Assembly (NCBI GenBank): GCA_040954595.2 | Contig: CM082578.2 | Coordinates: 17,059,703 to 17,123,702 of the forward strand | From: Balanoglossus misakiensis | Lineage: Eukaryota; Animalia; Hemichordata | Length of the DNA: 64,000 nucleotides | Direction of reading: 5' to 3' | Shown: positions 12,101 to 25,499 of the stretch, piece by piece | Layout of the letters: each line of letters opens with the position of its first letter | Position numbering within the stretch: position 1 is the first letter of the stretch | Notes under the pieces: generated by a model | What the model saw: only the letters and a program-made list of their open reading frames with translations | What the model was told of the DNA's origin: nothing | Database searches by the model: none | Position numbers and translations under genes: made by a program

Positions 12101-15100
12101 ACAGGTAAAGATTTTACATGGAAGTTCGGGACTGAATAGGAGATTGTACCGGTACATAACACCAAATGTTATATTTTTTACAGCTATTGCGGGAATATTG
12201 CCTTAATATTTTTCTTCAACACCAATTTGTTGAAGCATCATGTTCACAAGGGTTTGCCAATATCACTTGATAACCATTATAATTACCAATTACCCGTTTT
12301 ACCACAAGTCGATGATTATGTATTTCCAAGGACGTAGTCATAGTTACCATAACAAGGCGATCAACGCAATTCCGAATGAAAAAAAATTCCCCTTTTCTTC
12401 AGAAAATTTACAACAGCAATGGCAATATACATGTACCATGTATTCACAAGCATTATGTGTGACTGGTCTTTTTCATCACCTTATAGGTCTTATTGAGAGA
12501 CCTATTCTCCCAAATACATTTCCCAATCTTATTTTAGTTCTGTCACCATTATTTTCGATACGCACAGGGGCTGCAGGGCCAATTTCACAATACATCCTTC
12601 ACTTTCCATAGGTCAAAAGGCCCCTCCCCATCCTTTACGCTACTGGGCATCGTTGATGTGGCCGAAGTCTATTCTCCTGTTGTAACCTAGAGTGACGTTT
12701 AAGCATGATAGACTAATATTGCCAGTGCATGACTTTCCATGGTGAAATATTAACAGCTTATAACATTATAAGGTGTTGACATGAAGTTGCTGTGCATTTC
12801 ATTATTCTTTACCATGTACAGTCCTGTATTCTGTCTCATCGATTGTCCAGGCTGAACCCCAGGCTCCCCGCCACAACCAGGGTGATCTCCCACAAATGGC
12901 ATATCTGTACTGTGCAATTATCATATCCATGCTGTAAAATTGTATTGCATGGTTCTTGCCTGACAAGATAATTGTATAGCCGGTTAAAACTCCGACAGGT
13001 GTCAGTCGTTATCTACAAATGTCATTTTGAGACAAAAAGTGAACTGACACCGTATCTAGGACCGAGCACCAGTGTTAGTTAGTAGGAATGTGAAGAAAGA
13101 TCGTTCAGCAGATGGAAGTGACACTGACATGCGTACAAAATGTGCATAATGTTCTCGCATGCTTTAATCAAACCACAGCCTAATCGTTGACGTCGGCCGT
13201 AAGCCATGCGCGTAAATCGTAAATTATTCATGTCTAACTATCAAAGTTGTACGCTTGTCGCCAGTGTTTAAAATATAGCCCGTGGTTACACTTCAGTTCG
13301 CCTTTTCACACACGTTGCTTTTAGTTTCAATGACAGCGTCATTTCGGAAATAAAACGAAACAGATATAGCCTATGGGGCTGCAAAAGAGATATATACAAA
13401 TGACTTTGAATGTATAAGACGCTACATATGTTCATATGAAATCAGCTTATGATATTTGATCCCTCTCCAATACCTAAGTGGTTTAATTCTCTATTAGTTA
13501 TCTTTAAGAGGATTGCCATAAAACCAACAGAGAATGTTGTGCTTTTCATTTAATGCTCTAAATTAAGTTGGAACATCAAGCCACCATTTGAATGCCCAGG
13601 TTATGTGGGACACTTTTGAAGTCCAAGGGACCTTGTAACGTACATCAAACCAGTTTTTCACCTGTAATACCTGAAGTTGGAATTATCATGGGATCCTTTG
13701 AACGTAATTCTCAGATTTTCGCTTGGTGTACCGGTATACCTCGTAGACTACTATGACAGGCCATATTCCGATAACAGCATGACGTCTGTTTCGCAAGGGA
13801 CCGGTGAATCACCCTGACCCCCATGGCCCGAAATGAGAAACCTGCATATGTTCTCATTACAACCCGAAACATTGTAAAACTGTATATACATGTAAGCTAA
13901 TATTGAGAACCATGCAGGCACAGTGTATTTCAATGTATATGTAAACAACAAGTGTCCGAGCATACGGTATTGTGGGTATAAAATAGATTTTCCAAATATT
14001 TACGACTCTGGGAGCATACCCTAGCCTTTAAACCATGCATGAAGATGATTTAAAGCAGCATAACTTAAATGACTTTTTGCACCATAGAAATCACGTCGTA
14101 TATATTGATTATCGAGTTGCGTTTAAGAGCCTATAGGGGCAGCAAAATAGCTTATTACCGGGAACCCAATCAATTTCAACGCTCGTTAAAAAGTCATGGA
14201 GGATCGGTTGAGAGTTGATGATATTTGGGGGGGGAGCAAAATGATATGTATTTTACTATTGGTTAGACATTTCTTGGTCGTTTTGTTTTTTTAAAAATAT
14301 ATACAATAAAAATTTAACATGTAATCAATGAGATTGTATACAGAATGAGTACAGCTGTTGAAAACTGTATCATATTTATGTAGTTCCCAGAGTCAGTATT
14401 AAACATATTTCTTTCGAACTTGAATTGATAAAAAGACAACTTGATGCCTGATTTCTTTTTCAACAAGCAGACCTAACTTTGTCATATACAAGACACGCAT
14501 GCAGTTGGTTTCCTGTATTGACATTTGAATGATTATTTAGACTTTAATTACACTTTGGACAAATACCAGAGGGGATTGTGTCAACACTGATGATTCTACT
14601 TTCATCCACACTGAAGAAACTATAAATGTGACGCCAGACCAGGCCGTTAACATCCCCTGTTAATTAGCCATAGAAGATCGGCATCAGAGCTATTGCATGC
14701 AGGAGATGATTTACGTCACCCCGCAGGTCAGGTCATTTCGATCTTAACGTGGTATTAACCTTGCCGGTGACACATGTCGAATTACTTTATATGTCAAGAA
14801 TATTGCAAGGGCATGCAGACGAATACTGTCCTGCTGTAAGGGCGCCTGGCTCTTCAAAAATATGCAGCCTTGCTCTACAATGTCAGCTGTATTCAGCAAA
14901 AAAAAATTCATATGCGACGCTTGGCGCCAGAGACACATTTATCCAAGTATGAAAAACTGTTTGGTTTTGAGAAATGGCACAAGAATATTACACACTCTGA
15001 AGTGTAATTGATTGGCGAGAACGTGTCGATTTACTGCATGGTTTTTTTCTACCTAGGATAAGATTTATATCTTTTAGTAACAAAAGCACTGAACTGCTCC

Positions 15101-18062
15101 AACATAGGCAGTTGAGATTAGTTGACTTTCATGGCTCAGAATCTGTGGATTATTTGATATAGTGGGTGAAAAACAGTGGCAAATGCACCTAGTCTTTATT
15201 ACAACAAGACTCCAGTCATTGCCACAAATATCAAATACCGGTACATTGTGAGTTGTGACTTATGTCATTTTCAAACTGTGGTCTTCAAGTCATGTTTAAA
15301 CAATTTTCTTTTTAATTTCTGTGAAATTGATGGACAATAAAACATTCAAAATCTGCTATGTCATTAGTTCAAGAAAAACTGACTTACATTACATTCTAGC
15401 TAAATGCATGTTGTGAATGCATCCAAGGATATTAATTTATGTTCGACAACAGTATACCGTATTATTGATAGAGCTGATTTCACTTTGCCATTAGCTAATT
15501 AACTCTCGGTCAGAAGTGGGAGATGCCCATTTTGTTACATTCGAAGACATTATCCCAGGGTCGATCAATTTTATTTATTTTCAACAGATAAGCACATATT
15601 TCTTTTAAGATGTGTCGTGTGGTGAACTCGACCTAAATGCTGACACGTGATAAATGAGCAAATGAGAAGACAACGAATATAAAGCTCTGGATTTCAAACA
15701 TAAATTTATGGTATCTGTTATAGTTTTACAGAAAATAAAGGATACCACATACTGTGGTCCTTGGATATTAGTAATTTCCTATCAGTTATTGTGGCTCACA
15801 GAGTCTTGATCACATTTCACGTCCGTAAGCGGTTTCATGTATTTTCGATCGATGGGAACAAGAGATTAAATTCAACATGCTATCAGGAAAACCATTATCC
15901 TCCAGACATGTAATGTTTCACCGCGTTTGCCAAACAAGACAGCAGCATCCTGTAGTTTCATTCATGTGGAAAGAATGCCTGACACAACCTGATGTTGTTA
16001 AACTTTGTAATAAGTTTCAATTCAAGCTCTCTAGTAAAATTTATTGTCAAATGTGTATCTCCATTCTTCAATGTGTATCATTTGACATGAGCGATGGCCT
16101 TTCTGACGTATGATTCATCACGAATTAATTTAGCAGGTTTCACGCACGTCAGAAAATTTAAAGACGTGTCCACTGCAGCCTTTTTCAAACGACACAATGA
16201 AGTATAGTATGCTTGTAAATAGTCTTGATGATATACAGGACAGATACAAGGAAACCCAGCAGAATGCTTGCAGTATGCCAACACATTCAGCACAATGCTG
16301 GAATAACAAGTGCTGTATCATATCTGCAGCACGTAATTTGTTCCATACAAACTCTGCATATTGCATGCAGGAACAAGAACATTTGAATACACGTACTATG
16401 GCCATAGAATGTCTGTTAATAAACAGCTGGAATTTTTACGCATACATCATGAAATATTACTAAACAAAATGAAGATATTAAAACGGAAAAAATATTACTT
16501 ATGCCAAGTGATTATCCTTAAAATATAGCATTACCGAGAAATTCTACAATTTCTAGCGCCATTGTATTATTAACATACTAAATCACTCATCAACAGCTGT
16601 GTTCATATCAGGCAAACGATTTCGATATCCATCATTGTCACCCCAGAATGCTGTAGGCCAATCCCTTTATCAACCAGTATGAACATGGAAACGATTTTGC
16701 TTTTACAAATATGATAATGTAGTCTTGTCATTTCCGTGTCTTGTTAAGTCTATTCTGAGGTAAAGAATTGTGAAATCGTCGAATAATATATCATGAGTGC
16801 GAAGTCAACTCAAATCAACTCAAATTTGGTGACAAAATGATCCATTGCCAGTGTGCACGTTTGTGCCAGTGGAATATCCTAGTACAATACGATTATCAAG
16901 TTAGGCAATTGATAAGAAGATATGTCCATACACGTACAGGCAGATCACGTACATGTATATAGGGCAGCAGTGAAAGATGCTAGAAAAATAGACAAGTAAA
17001 CACCCAGGGCTGGCACTGTTTCTTGCCGAACACCTTATGTGCGATCAATACTTTGCAAAATTGATTGGCTGTTAATGTGGTACATATCATAGCCATGACA
17101 TCAAGGCGAATTTGAGTACTCAATTGACTTTGCTGCTAACACCATTTAAAAAGTCACTGAGACCCTGTCGCGAAGAGTAGATCCAATTGAATTTGGGTTC
17201 TCCTACATCAAGACCTGGGATTTCAATGGATAACTCAAGAGTTTGCCACTTATAAAACGTGCTTCAGTCTTCATGGGTGCAAAAAGGTACGGCTAATGTG
17301 CCATTTAAGACACGCGCCTGCATTGATGAAAACTTGATGTGGGAATCTGTCAACACTAGTACGACCAAATAACAAATCACGGCACAAGGGGAGTCTAATT
17401 ATCATGCTTATGTTTCACGGAAATACGGCATTATTAAATGACATCGATGCATTTCACATTATCGTTCGTCATTATCCCACTGAAACAGGAAAGCAGAAAG
17501 TTGCTGTTTTATGAAAATAACTCATGCAGGGTGCCAATTCAATTCAGTTAACACTGACATTTGTCAGAGGTTAAGCCACCTCATAAAAGACTACTAGTAT
17601 CTGGGCTATGAGCCTATTAAATGGAACAGAGGTAAATCGTGTTCACACACTGATTGGGGTGTTTCTGGAACAGATCTGAACATTTCCAATATTTCCCGGA
17701 CACCATGTCATGGTATATATTGGTAGAGTGTCCCGGTATATGGCAGACGATAGGATCACCAGTCTATCTGAAACATCAGATTTCTCTCCAAAGTCCCGTA
17801 AATATCCCATAAGGATATACTGGAAGAGTCAATACTTATGGACAAAACCTCACTTTGTCAGCACAAATGTCGTAGTGTATGCTTTAGTGAACGTGGATTC
17901 TAATATTGACTGAGACAATTATAGCTACTGCTTTTATCGGCGAGATAAAGAAATTGACTTAGTTTTGGTAAGTAAGAGAGATATCATTACCATAAATTAA
18001 TTTGAATAAATACATGGCAACAATATGGGAAGGGGTACGCTACAATAACAACATCAACAATA

Positions 18063-18099
<37 letters not shown>

Positions 18100-18110
18100 T
18101 AGATAGATAG
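18063..18110 (+). repeat. (GATA)n/(GACA)n compound tetranucleotide microsatellite
   Basis: Run of atag and acag units directly visible. Confidence 0.95.
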
Positions 18111-19824
18111 TGTAGCGATCAGACTACATTTCACTGTGACTGGAAACATGATATCGAGTCTATGACGTCAAATGAAGTTTGGAATCCCACCGCAACTCAT
18201 AAAGTAACTTGATTGAAATTAGGGCATAATGATGCCATGTGACCTTTACGCTCAATTGTAAGAAAAAATACGATCAATGGAGATCTTTTAATCCTCTCAG
18301 AAAATTATCCTGGGTATTGCTTAAGTTTACGAGGAGATACCATGTCCGGGTGACAATAAAGAGACGATAGGAGTCATAGAGTCTAATCCAAGAGATAATC
18401 ATATCCTCGATTAGAGGATTAATTTTTGGTTTACACTGGCGGTTGCGTATAAAGGCATGACCACATTATGTTTATAAGGTCCCGTGGGTTCACGTTCAAT
18501 AAACTTGGTACTCTTGATTATCAGATGCAGCATACCCTCTGCTTTCTATGTGCTGTCGGTTTACAGCTGGAACAAGAAGCTAATTGTTTCAATCTTTCAA
18601 TTGGTGTAAGTAAACCAGGCAAACAGTTGGATATTGAATTGTCTATTACCACTAGCCCTGCTCTCACGCGACCTCATTCCATCATTCTGTCGACACTAAT
18701 GTTATTTCAAAGTAGTTCTTGGTCTTTGAACCAACTACGGAGAGAAGGGAAATTACTGCGAGTTGTGGTTCTCCGTTGTCCATTGAAGAAAGATTGCAAT
18801 GGGAATAAACAAAACTAGAATTGGAAAATAGGAAGTTTGAAGGACTTGCATTTGCACAATATATATAGTATAAAAATATAAGTTCAAGCACTCTTTACAC
18901 ACAAGCATTTCATCAAAAGCTGCTATCGTTAAGTGATTTTATTTTTCGTGGCATATTTTCCCAGGCAATACACAACTGCAATATTGTTTTATTGTATGTG
19001 ATTACGAGTTCAAATCTTTAAAACCGTGTTCTTAAAATAACAACTTCTGTAAATTACTTGATATGTCGGAATAGGATTGGTATACATGCAATTTGAGACA
19101 ATCTGTCACCACGATTGTTTACGGTAACTGTACTTTACTTTGATGAAATAGACCAAATCAACCATTTTACCATGGAAAACATTCTTTACATTTGAAACAT
19201 TGTGTATTGAGAAAGCTAATTCAAGTAAATGAGTTAGCGTTGCTATTGATAGAAAATGCCCTTGTTGAAATTAGAATGGTCATCTGTGTGGCTGTTTTAG
19301 TTGTATGTTGATGACTTTGTTAAAAGCAATCCACTACTCATTCCAAACTTTGCAATATTCACACACTCGTGAAATGGTTAGATTGGATTCATGACTCTTG
19401 CAAGTCTACCCAGGCGGAAAATTTCGCGAAATGGCTGTAATTGCATCGGATAGTGTAAATGCAGCTGAAGTAGTTTTTTGTGGGAAGTAATTCCATCACC
19501 TGGCAGAACAAGGGAACGCTTCCCCAGCACGTCTACGAGCAACAAAAAGCATAACGTGTTTTCGCAACGTCTTTTGTGCACTGGCTCTTTAAAAAGACCA
19601 CTTGCTTGGCACTCATTAAGATCCGCTTTGGAAAAAAAAGGTTTTCCATGTATGGCAGTGAGTTTGAAAAACCATGATGATAAAACTATTGAGAAACGAC
19701 TGAGACAAAAAATGATGGTGACTAAGGCCTTTATTTTCAGACTGTTGCTAAGGATATTTTCACCGAGGAGTACTGTGCGACGCAGCATCATGTTCTTTAT
19801 CTTAGCCATCTCAGCGTGCCGTTT

Positions 19825-19860
19825 ATAAATTGAAATTGAATAAATTGAAATTGAATAAAT
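19825..19860 (+). repeat. 15-bp tandem repeat, about 2.4 copies
   Basis: ataaattgaaattga twice, then ataaat. Confidence 0.85.
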
Positions 19861-22800
19861 CGACTGAATAAGGTTAAAGTTAGACTACACTTCACAGAAA
19901 GGCATCAAATGATTAAAAATCAATATAGAGACGTGCACCACCTGAAAATTTCTGGCAAGTGTTTCCAGTTGCAATATTTACTTTAGATATTTTGTTGATT
20001 TTGATGCTACAAATGTTTTGATGTAATGTTTCCTCCCTTTGAGACCAATATTTTTTCCAAAAGATTCTATATTTAACCCACCAGTGTGTCTGCTTGCAGG
20101 CTGCTGGTGTTTCAATGTCACTGTCCAACCAAGATGGTAGTAACTTAGTGAAGACACAGACTTGTAAGATATATTCAGCCACCAGCACTACGTGTACGCA
20201 CAGCTCGTTCATTTTGATTCAGTCAGCACTCATGTTTACGACGCTGCAGTATAGGACGTACATGTACGGTACATGTAAGCGTTCGTGTGAAATCAACAGT
20301 GATGAGTTCCTGATTGAGAATGATCTGGGTACAATGTGTAGTGTAGCAAATCCTATGCGTTAATAGGTCAGTATTAACATCTCGTAATAACCAAGACTGA
20401 CGTTACATGTACGTGTCTCTTGTATGTGGTTGCGAAGCTGAAGATGGACGAACCAAGGTATTGCAAGTAATGTAATCTTCAAGAGGAAAGTTTCACAGTA
20501 CAGACATGTACTCTTTAAATATTCTATGTACTTTGACAAAGATGTGGATGGTCTTAAATGCATTCATGTTTCATTCACTGAGGATGTACATGTACGGTAC
20601 AATCTGTGTCTGCCCGTTTTATATCTCACAACTGACTCTATTCACCACAATTTGAGATAAGCACAATTCACATGTATTGTGGGGGCCTGTTTCTCCTCGT
20701 AGTGAATTGATTGTGTGTGGCAACTGCATAATATATATCACTGTTAACTGGCGTTGTGCAGTCACTATCTGGATTTCCAGGCAACCGTAATTTGAGGTGC
20801 ACTCTGCGAAATTATTTAGATGCTTCGTGTCCACTGATGCATTTCCGCCAGACAATGTAATAAAATCAACGGGCAGTCAGGCGTCATACACTCAGTAAAA
20901 TCAGTAGACTCGCTTTGATCTAAAATCATAGAAATGGAAGGTTATAGGTTAAATGTGTCGGTCCTTGTATACTGTTGGTTATAATTATCGTTAGTGGGTT
21001 TAATTATCGTTAGTTGGTTTCCCCCACAGGTGAGTATGGGTGACACAGAAATGAAACGCAACTGAGGGAGGACAACAATGTTTTGAAGTTCAAGATCTAG
21101 CAAATGCAGAGGTAAGTTTGGCATCACTTGATGTAAAAACCAAAGTTAACATACAAACAAACCATTTATAAATAGAGAGCTGAAATGTCAGCATACTGAA
21201 CATACGATCAGCTCAAGATGCAAATTTGATTGCAAGCCACACATAAATCTATATACACCTGCCATACATTATTCTCTCCCAGTAGGACATTTCTGCAAAT
21301 CCAGTGCTAAGACGCCTTAGACAATTGCTCTGCAGAAAAGAGCATCAATCAAATCTATTGAAATCAATCTGTCACTACGATACCAATAAACAGGGCAGTT
21401 TAATTCGTGTCGGTTTCGAGTGAACAGAGTGACACGGTAATAACCGAACTCCTATGGGTAAACTGGTAATACAAGCTGTAATTTTTAAACCTTAACTGGG
21501 TCTGGGAACGGGGTTGTTTTATGTTTTGGAAACAAGTGATGGCGATGCTGCAAACTCATTAATTTTGGCTGAGTAAAAAAGTAGATTCTGAATTATTCTT
21601 TCTCGAATGTCTGGGAGATGAACATCCAGGATTGAGTTCAGCAAGTACAATGATGTCCATGAGATTCCTCAATTTCATAACACATCCTGTAAATCAGTCA
21701 GAACTCAGCTTCACTTTGACAGCTCAAACGTTATCTCATGTCATCTCATCTCGTGTCATATTATGTAGCCACAATAATGTTAGTATGCCGTACTATTTTT
21801 AGCATATCTCCCTGTCGCTTTTATGTAGTCAGTCTGTGATTTTCAACTTCGAAATCAATAGCAAATTGTCCTGAAAACTGAAAGTAGTGGGTGTGCGTTT
21901 CCTTGTTGGCGTGCGAAAACGTCTTATTCTGGTTTGAAGAGAATTTCCTGGCCAGCTCTATTTCCCTCGCAGCTTGTGGTCAACCTGTCTCATGATGCAT
22001 GATCACGCAATGCTGGAGGGATGAAAACAATCAATCCACCATGCTCGATTCAATGAATGGCTTCATGGGATGCATACCCTCAAGTCGAGGTAAATGAACT
22101 AGCCAATTTTGTGTGCTAACAATTGTATTGGGATGTTATTTTTTCAATTTGACAGTCTGCAAACCAAAAGCGATGGCTTTGATTTTAACACCGTATCTCA
22201 TATCACCAACAACATTCCATTTCACCACACTCTGGTGTACATATGTTTTCTCGGCAGATTCTTCGCTTGTAGGAACATGTGCTGCACATGCTTAAGTTCT
22301 GACCAGGGAAAAATGTCTGTGTTGCTAGCTTTGAGATGAAAATGGTGAACAAGAATTGTATATCTGTCACACACTCCCCTACAGCATCAATGAGATTACT
22401 CAGCAAAGTGATTCTTTTCGGACTGTGATTAGAAAAGTGATATTGTGCCTTTCGAAACAGTCACTTCATTTTCCTGTTCCACATGAGAAATCGCATGTGT
22501 CGTCCTTGATGGATTTTTCAGTCTTTCTTGATCTTGTCTGCATGTTTTTATCAATTATTAATCAACCGGTGTGCTTGTAAAATTTTAATTTGCCAATGAT
22601 TTTTAGGGTTATACAATGTACATGCGCAAACCTATTAATTTTATCAAGAAACACAGGGCAGGGCCAGTGAAATGCCAGAAACCCTTTCAGTCATCATTCG
22701 ACGAAGGCCGCTGACAAGCATAATCTGGATGATGGCTGAAACTTTCAACACTATTTTTTTCCACACAAGAAACATAAGAAAGTGTACATCCTTTCCTTTT

Positions 22801-24564
22801 CCTTGTCTATGTGTGATAGCTCTTTCAATTAGTATCCCAGGCACGTGTAGAGGTTCAATTTTGGCAGCGACTTTTGGGCCATGCATATACGCATGTTGAT
22901 TTTATCATTCGACCATGGAGAAGGTCGGTGAGATGCATGAAAGCATTGACCAAAGGCCACACAATCCGGAAGCCTGTCTGAAAGTATAATGGAGAGGTGC
23001 GGCTAGACAACGCCTTGGGTGACATTGTTTAATTGTGATCAGCTTCTTGTGGCTGATCTATGAGATTTTATATTTAAAGAGCACAATTCAAAACTAAACT
23101 TTTTTTTTAAATTTTATCGTCAATCACCATATCAAAGGTTTTTTTGTGGCATTTCAATATGCCAGGAATATGTGTATTTAGTTTTCATGTTGGTTGATTA
23201 TTTAGTTGTAAATGTCCCTTTTCTGTTTTTGTTTCCATGTCTAGAAACTGGAGTTCAGATCCCGAGGATGACCAATATTCATAATGTGTTCATAATTTAA
23301 ATTCAGATCCGCAGTTAGATGAATATTGATCTTGTTTTATGAGATGAGAGGTTCAGGGAGCACCTATGAAACAATAAAAGTGGTGAACAAATGGTTTAAT
23401 ATGACATGAAACTTACAGTGGGGAATTTATCATATATTTGAAAGTAAATCAATTGACAGTCGATGTTTTTGCCCAACATTTGCAATAAAAGTTGTGCTTA
23501 CAAGCATGTGTGGTACAGTTGCAATTGGCAAAAATGTACGTTTTAACAGGTTTAATAATGTAACAACATAAAATCATAAAATCCTACCATATGCACTTTG
23601 TTCGTAGTATCGAAAGCTAACTGTGAGATTTAAATGAGTGTAGCCCTAAACCGTCTTTCGCCAGCTTACCGCACACCTGGACTTGTTAATACATAATTAC
23701 CACGAAAAAGGCTTCAGAGATCAGAGGCAACACGGGTATTGAAGGTCTAAACAATAAGCCTGCCTCTCGGTGAAACCCCTGAACAACTCAATACACTCTC
23801 CTCATGTTGATAACGTTTCGGATAAGTGATGGTTACACATTTGGGAGAAAGGGTTTCAAAGGCATTTTCAGCCTCAAGCAGAATGTGTATTCCCATCGCC
23901 AACAAACGTGCATTTTCTACCCATTCTCCATACTGCTGCCTTATCCTGTTGTTGTCATGCCAATGCTACCCACGTGATGTTCTCCACAGACCTTGTGGAG
24001 AGATGTTAAGCTGCAATGTTGGCAGCTATCAAGTTTCAGTCAGCCTTTGGAAAATAACATCATTAAGCAATAAATCCAGTAGCTGTGATGATGTGGGATG
24101 GCATGCAAGCAGTAACAAACTGGTATTTTACGCTAATGCAGTATGACTTCTTTTTTCTTGTTTACTTGTAAATACGTTTTATTACGTTAACAAGCTGTCA
24201 CTGGTAACATTTATTCCAGATGCAAACAGGCACTGTTCACACAACAGACAGTCCATGTGTACCATGTGTACTACTGTTGTATATATTCGGTGTAGAGGAA
24301 TTAACCCTGTCCAGCTAAGGCAAACTGTGTCTAGTTAAGCTAAAGCTTTGGGAATATCATTTTTTCTGGAAATGGTTTTCTAAATTTGTGCAAGTTTGAT
24401 CCTAGGCGATGACCAATACAACTCAAACAAGCCATTAATGTTTAATGGTATCATAAAAGGGGCACAGCGTAAATATTCTGTGGGCGTGATCTGCATAGTC
24501 AGCTTTGTCGTTTCCCGCTTTCACATGCTAATGTCCCCGTAAGTTGAAAGGTTAAATTCAGCAA

Positions 24565-24772
24565 ATGGAGACAGCGGCATCATTTATGAGCAAGTATCTC
24601 GTCTTTTCTTGGTTCTACATCCTGAGACAGTCCATATTGTCGATAGTCAATTATCAAACGGAGCGGTGTCTTCAAAGCCAAGGACTTGTCAAACGACTTC
24701 CAAGGTTTCAACTCGAAAAAACATATTGCCACAGCCTTGGTCTTCTTTTACCTACGTGTACTCTGAATACCG
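24565..24772 (+). CDS. Putative first coding exon of orphan GPCR A (N-terminal leader)
   Basis: ATG in strong context (gcaaATGG), with a second in-frame ATG at 24586. Open for 69 codons plus 1 nt up to a consensus donor CCG|GTAAGT (24772|24773). Splicing to the acceptor at 25499|25500 gives G|GT CTT TTG CGA..., in frame with the receptor. TATA-like CATAAAAG at 24452. Confidence 0.55.
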
Positions 24773-25499
24773 GTAAGTCAATTTCAATTACTAACTGTAT
24801 ACGGTGTCTCAGTGGTAGCAACAGCAAAAGCCGAAACGAAACTTGCGTTTTCATCGTTGCAGTCATTGCATGTGGTTTAGACTAGGAACGGTTAAAGTCA
24901 AAGCGTTGCCTTGAATCTCATCCTAGGTTGACCATTTTTTTGTAATTTGGCAAAAATTTCACGATATATTGCGGCGCGAAGCTTATTCATCTTCCCGTGG
25001 TTAACATTTTGTGTGTAGCACTATTCCTCAAATACCTCAGATATCTTTTCACTTTACATTTTCACCTTATTAACACACAACTCATGACGCAACTGTATCG
25101 CACAGAATATTCTCAATTGCACTTTTACAAAGTAGTGTGGGACTCGTTAAATATTCAACAGCAAATATTTGATTTAGAGACAGGGAAAAGCGAGAGTGAC
25201 CTGAACTGGCATCCAGCATATTCCATGTATTCTCCTTAATTTATGTTAGCCCTAAAGTCTTGAACATGTGCTGTGTTACGTACATCTCAAATGCCAAGAA
25301 CACATCCGTCGCATCTTTCGCCCTTAAGCGTAGAACATCTTGATATTAAGTGCGTATTTAAAGACATTCATGCGCAGTAGAAAAAAAACGTTACCTTTCA
25401 GGGCGGAGAAAAACAAGACATGAAATTTGGCGTCAGGTGCTGCCTATCATAAGGAACACGTCCTTTAAACAATTGCCTCATTTTCTTTCTCCATCATAG

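Noticed and set aside
19378-19828. 143-aa and 116-aa antiparallel ORFs
   Set aside because: No recognisable domain or coding-like pattern; lengths are compatible with chance in 64 kb.
22356-22580. RTVIRKVILCLSKQSLHFPVPHE faintly resembles the ZMYM1-like hAT transposase motif (flakQglafRGHdE)
   Set aside because: The key RGH residues are missing and no further transposase motifs or TIRs were seen. A BLASTX hit would be needed.
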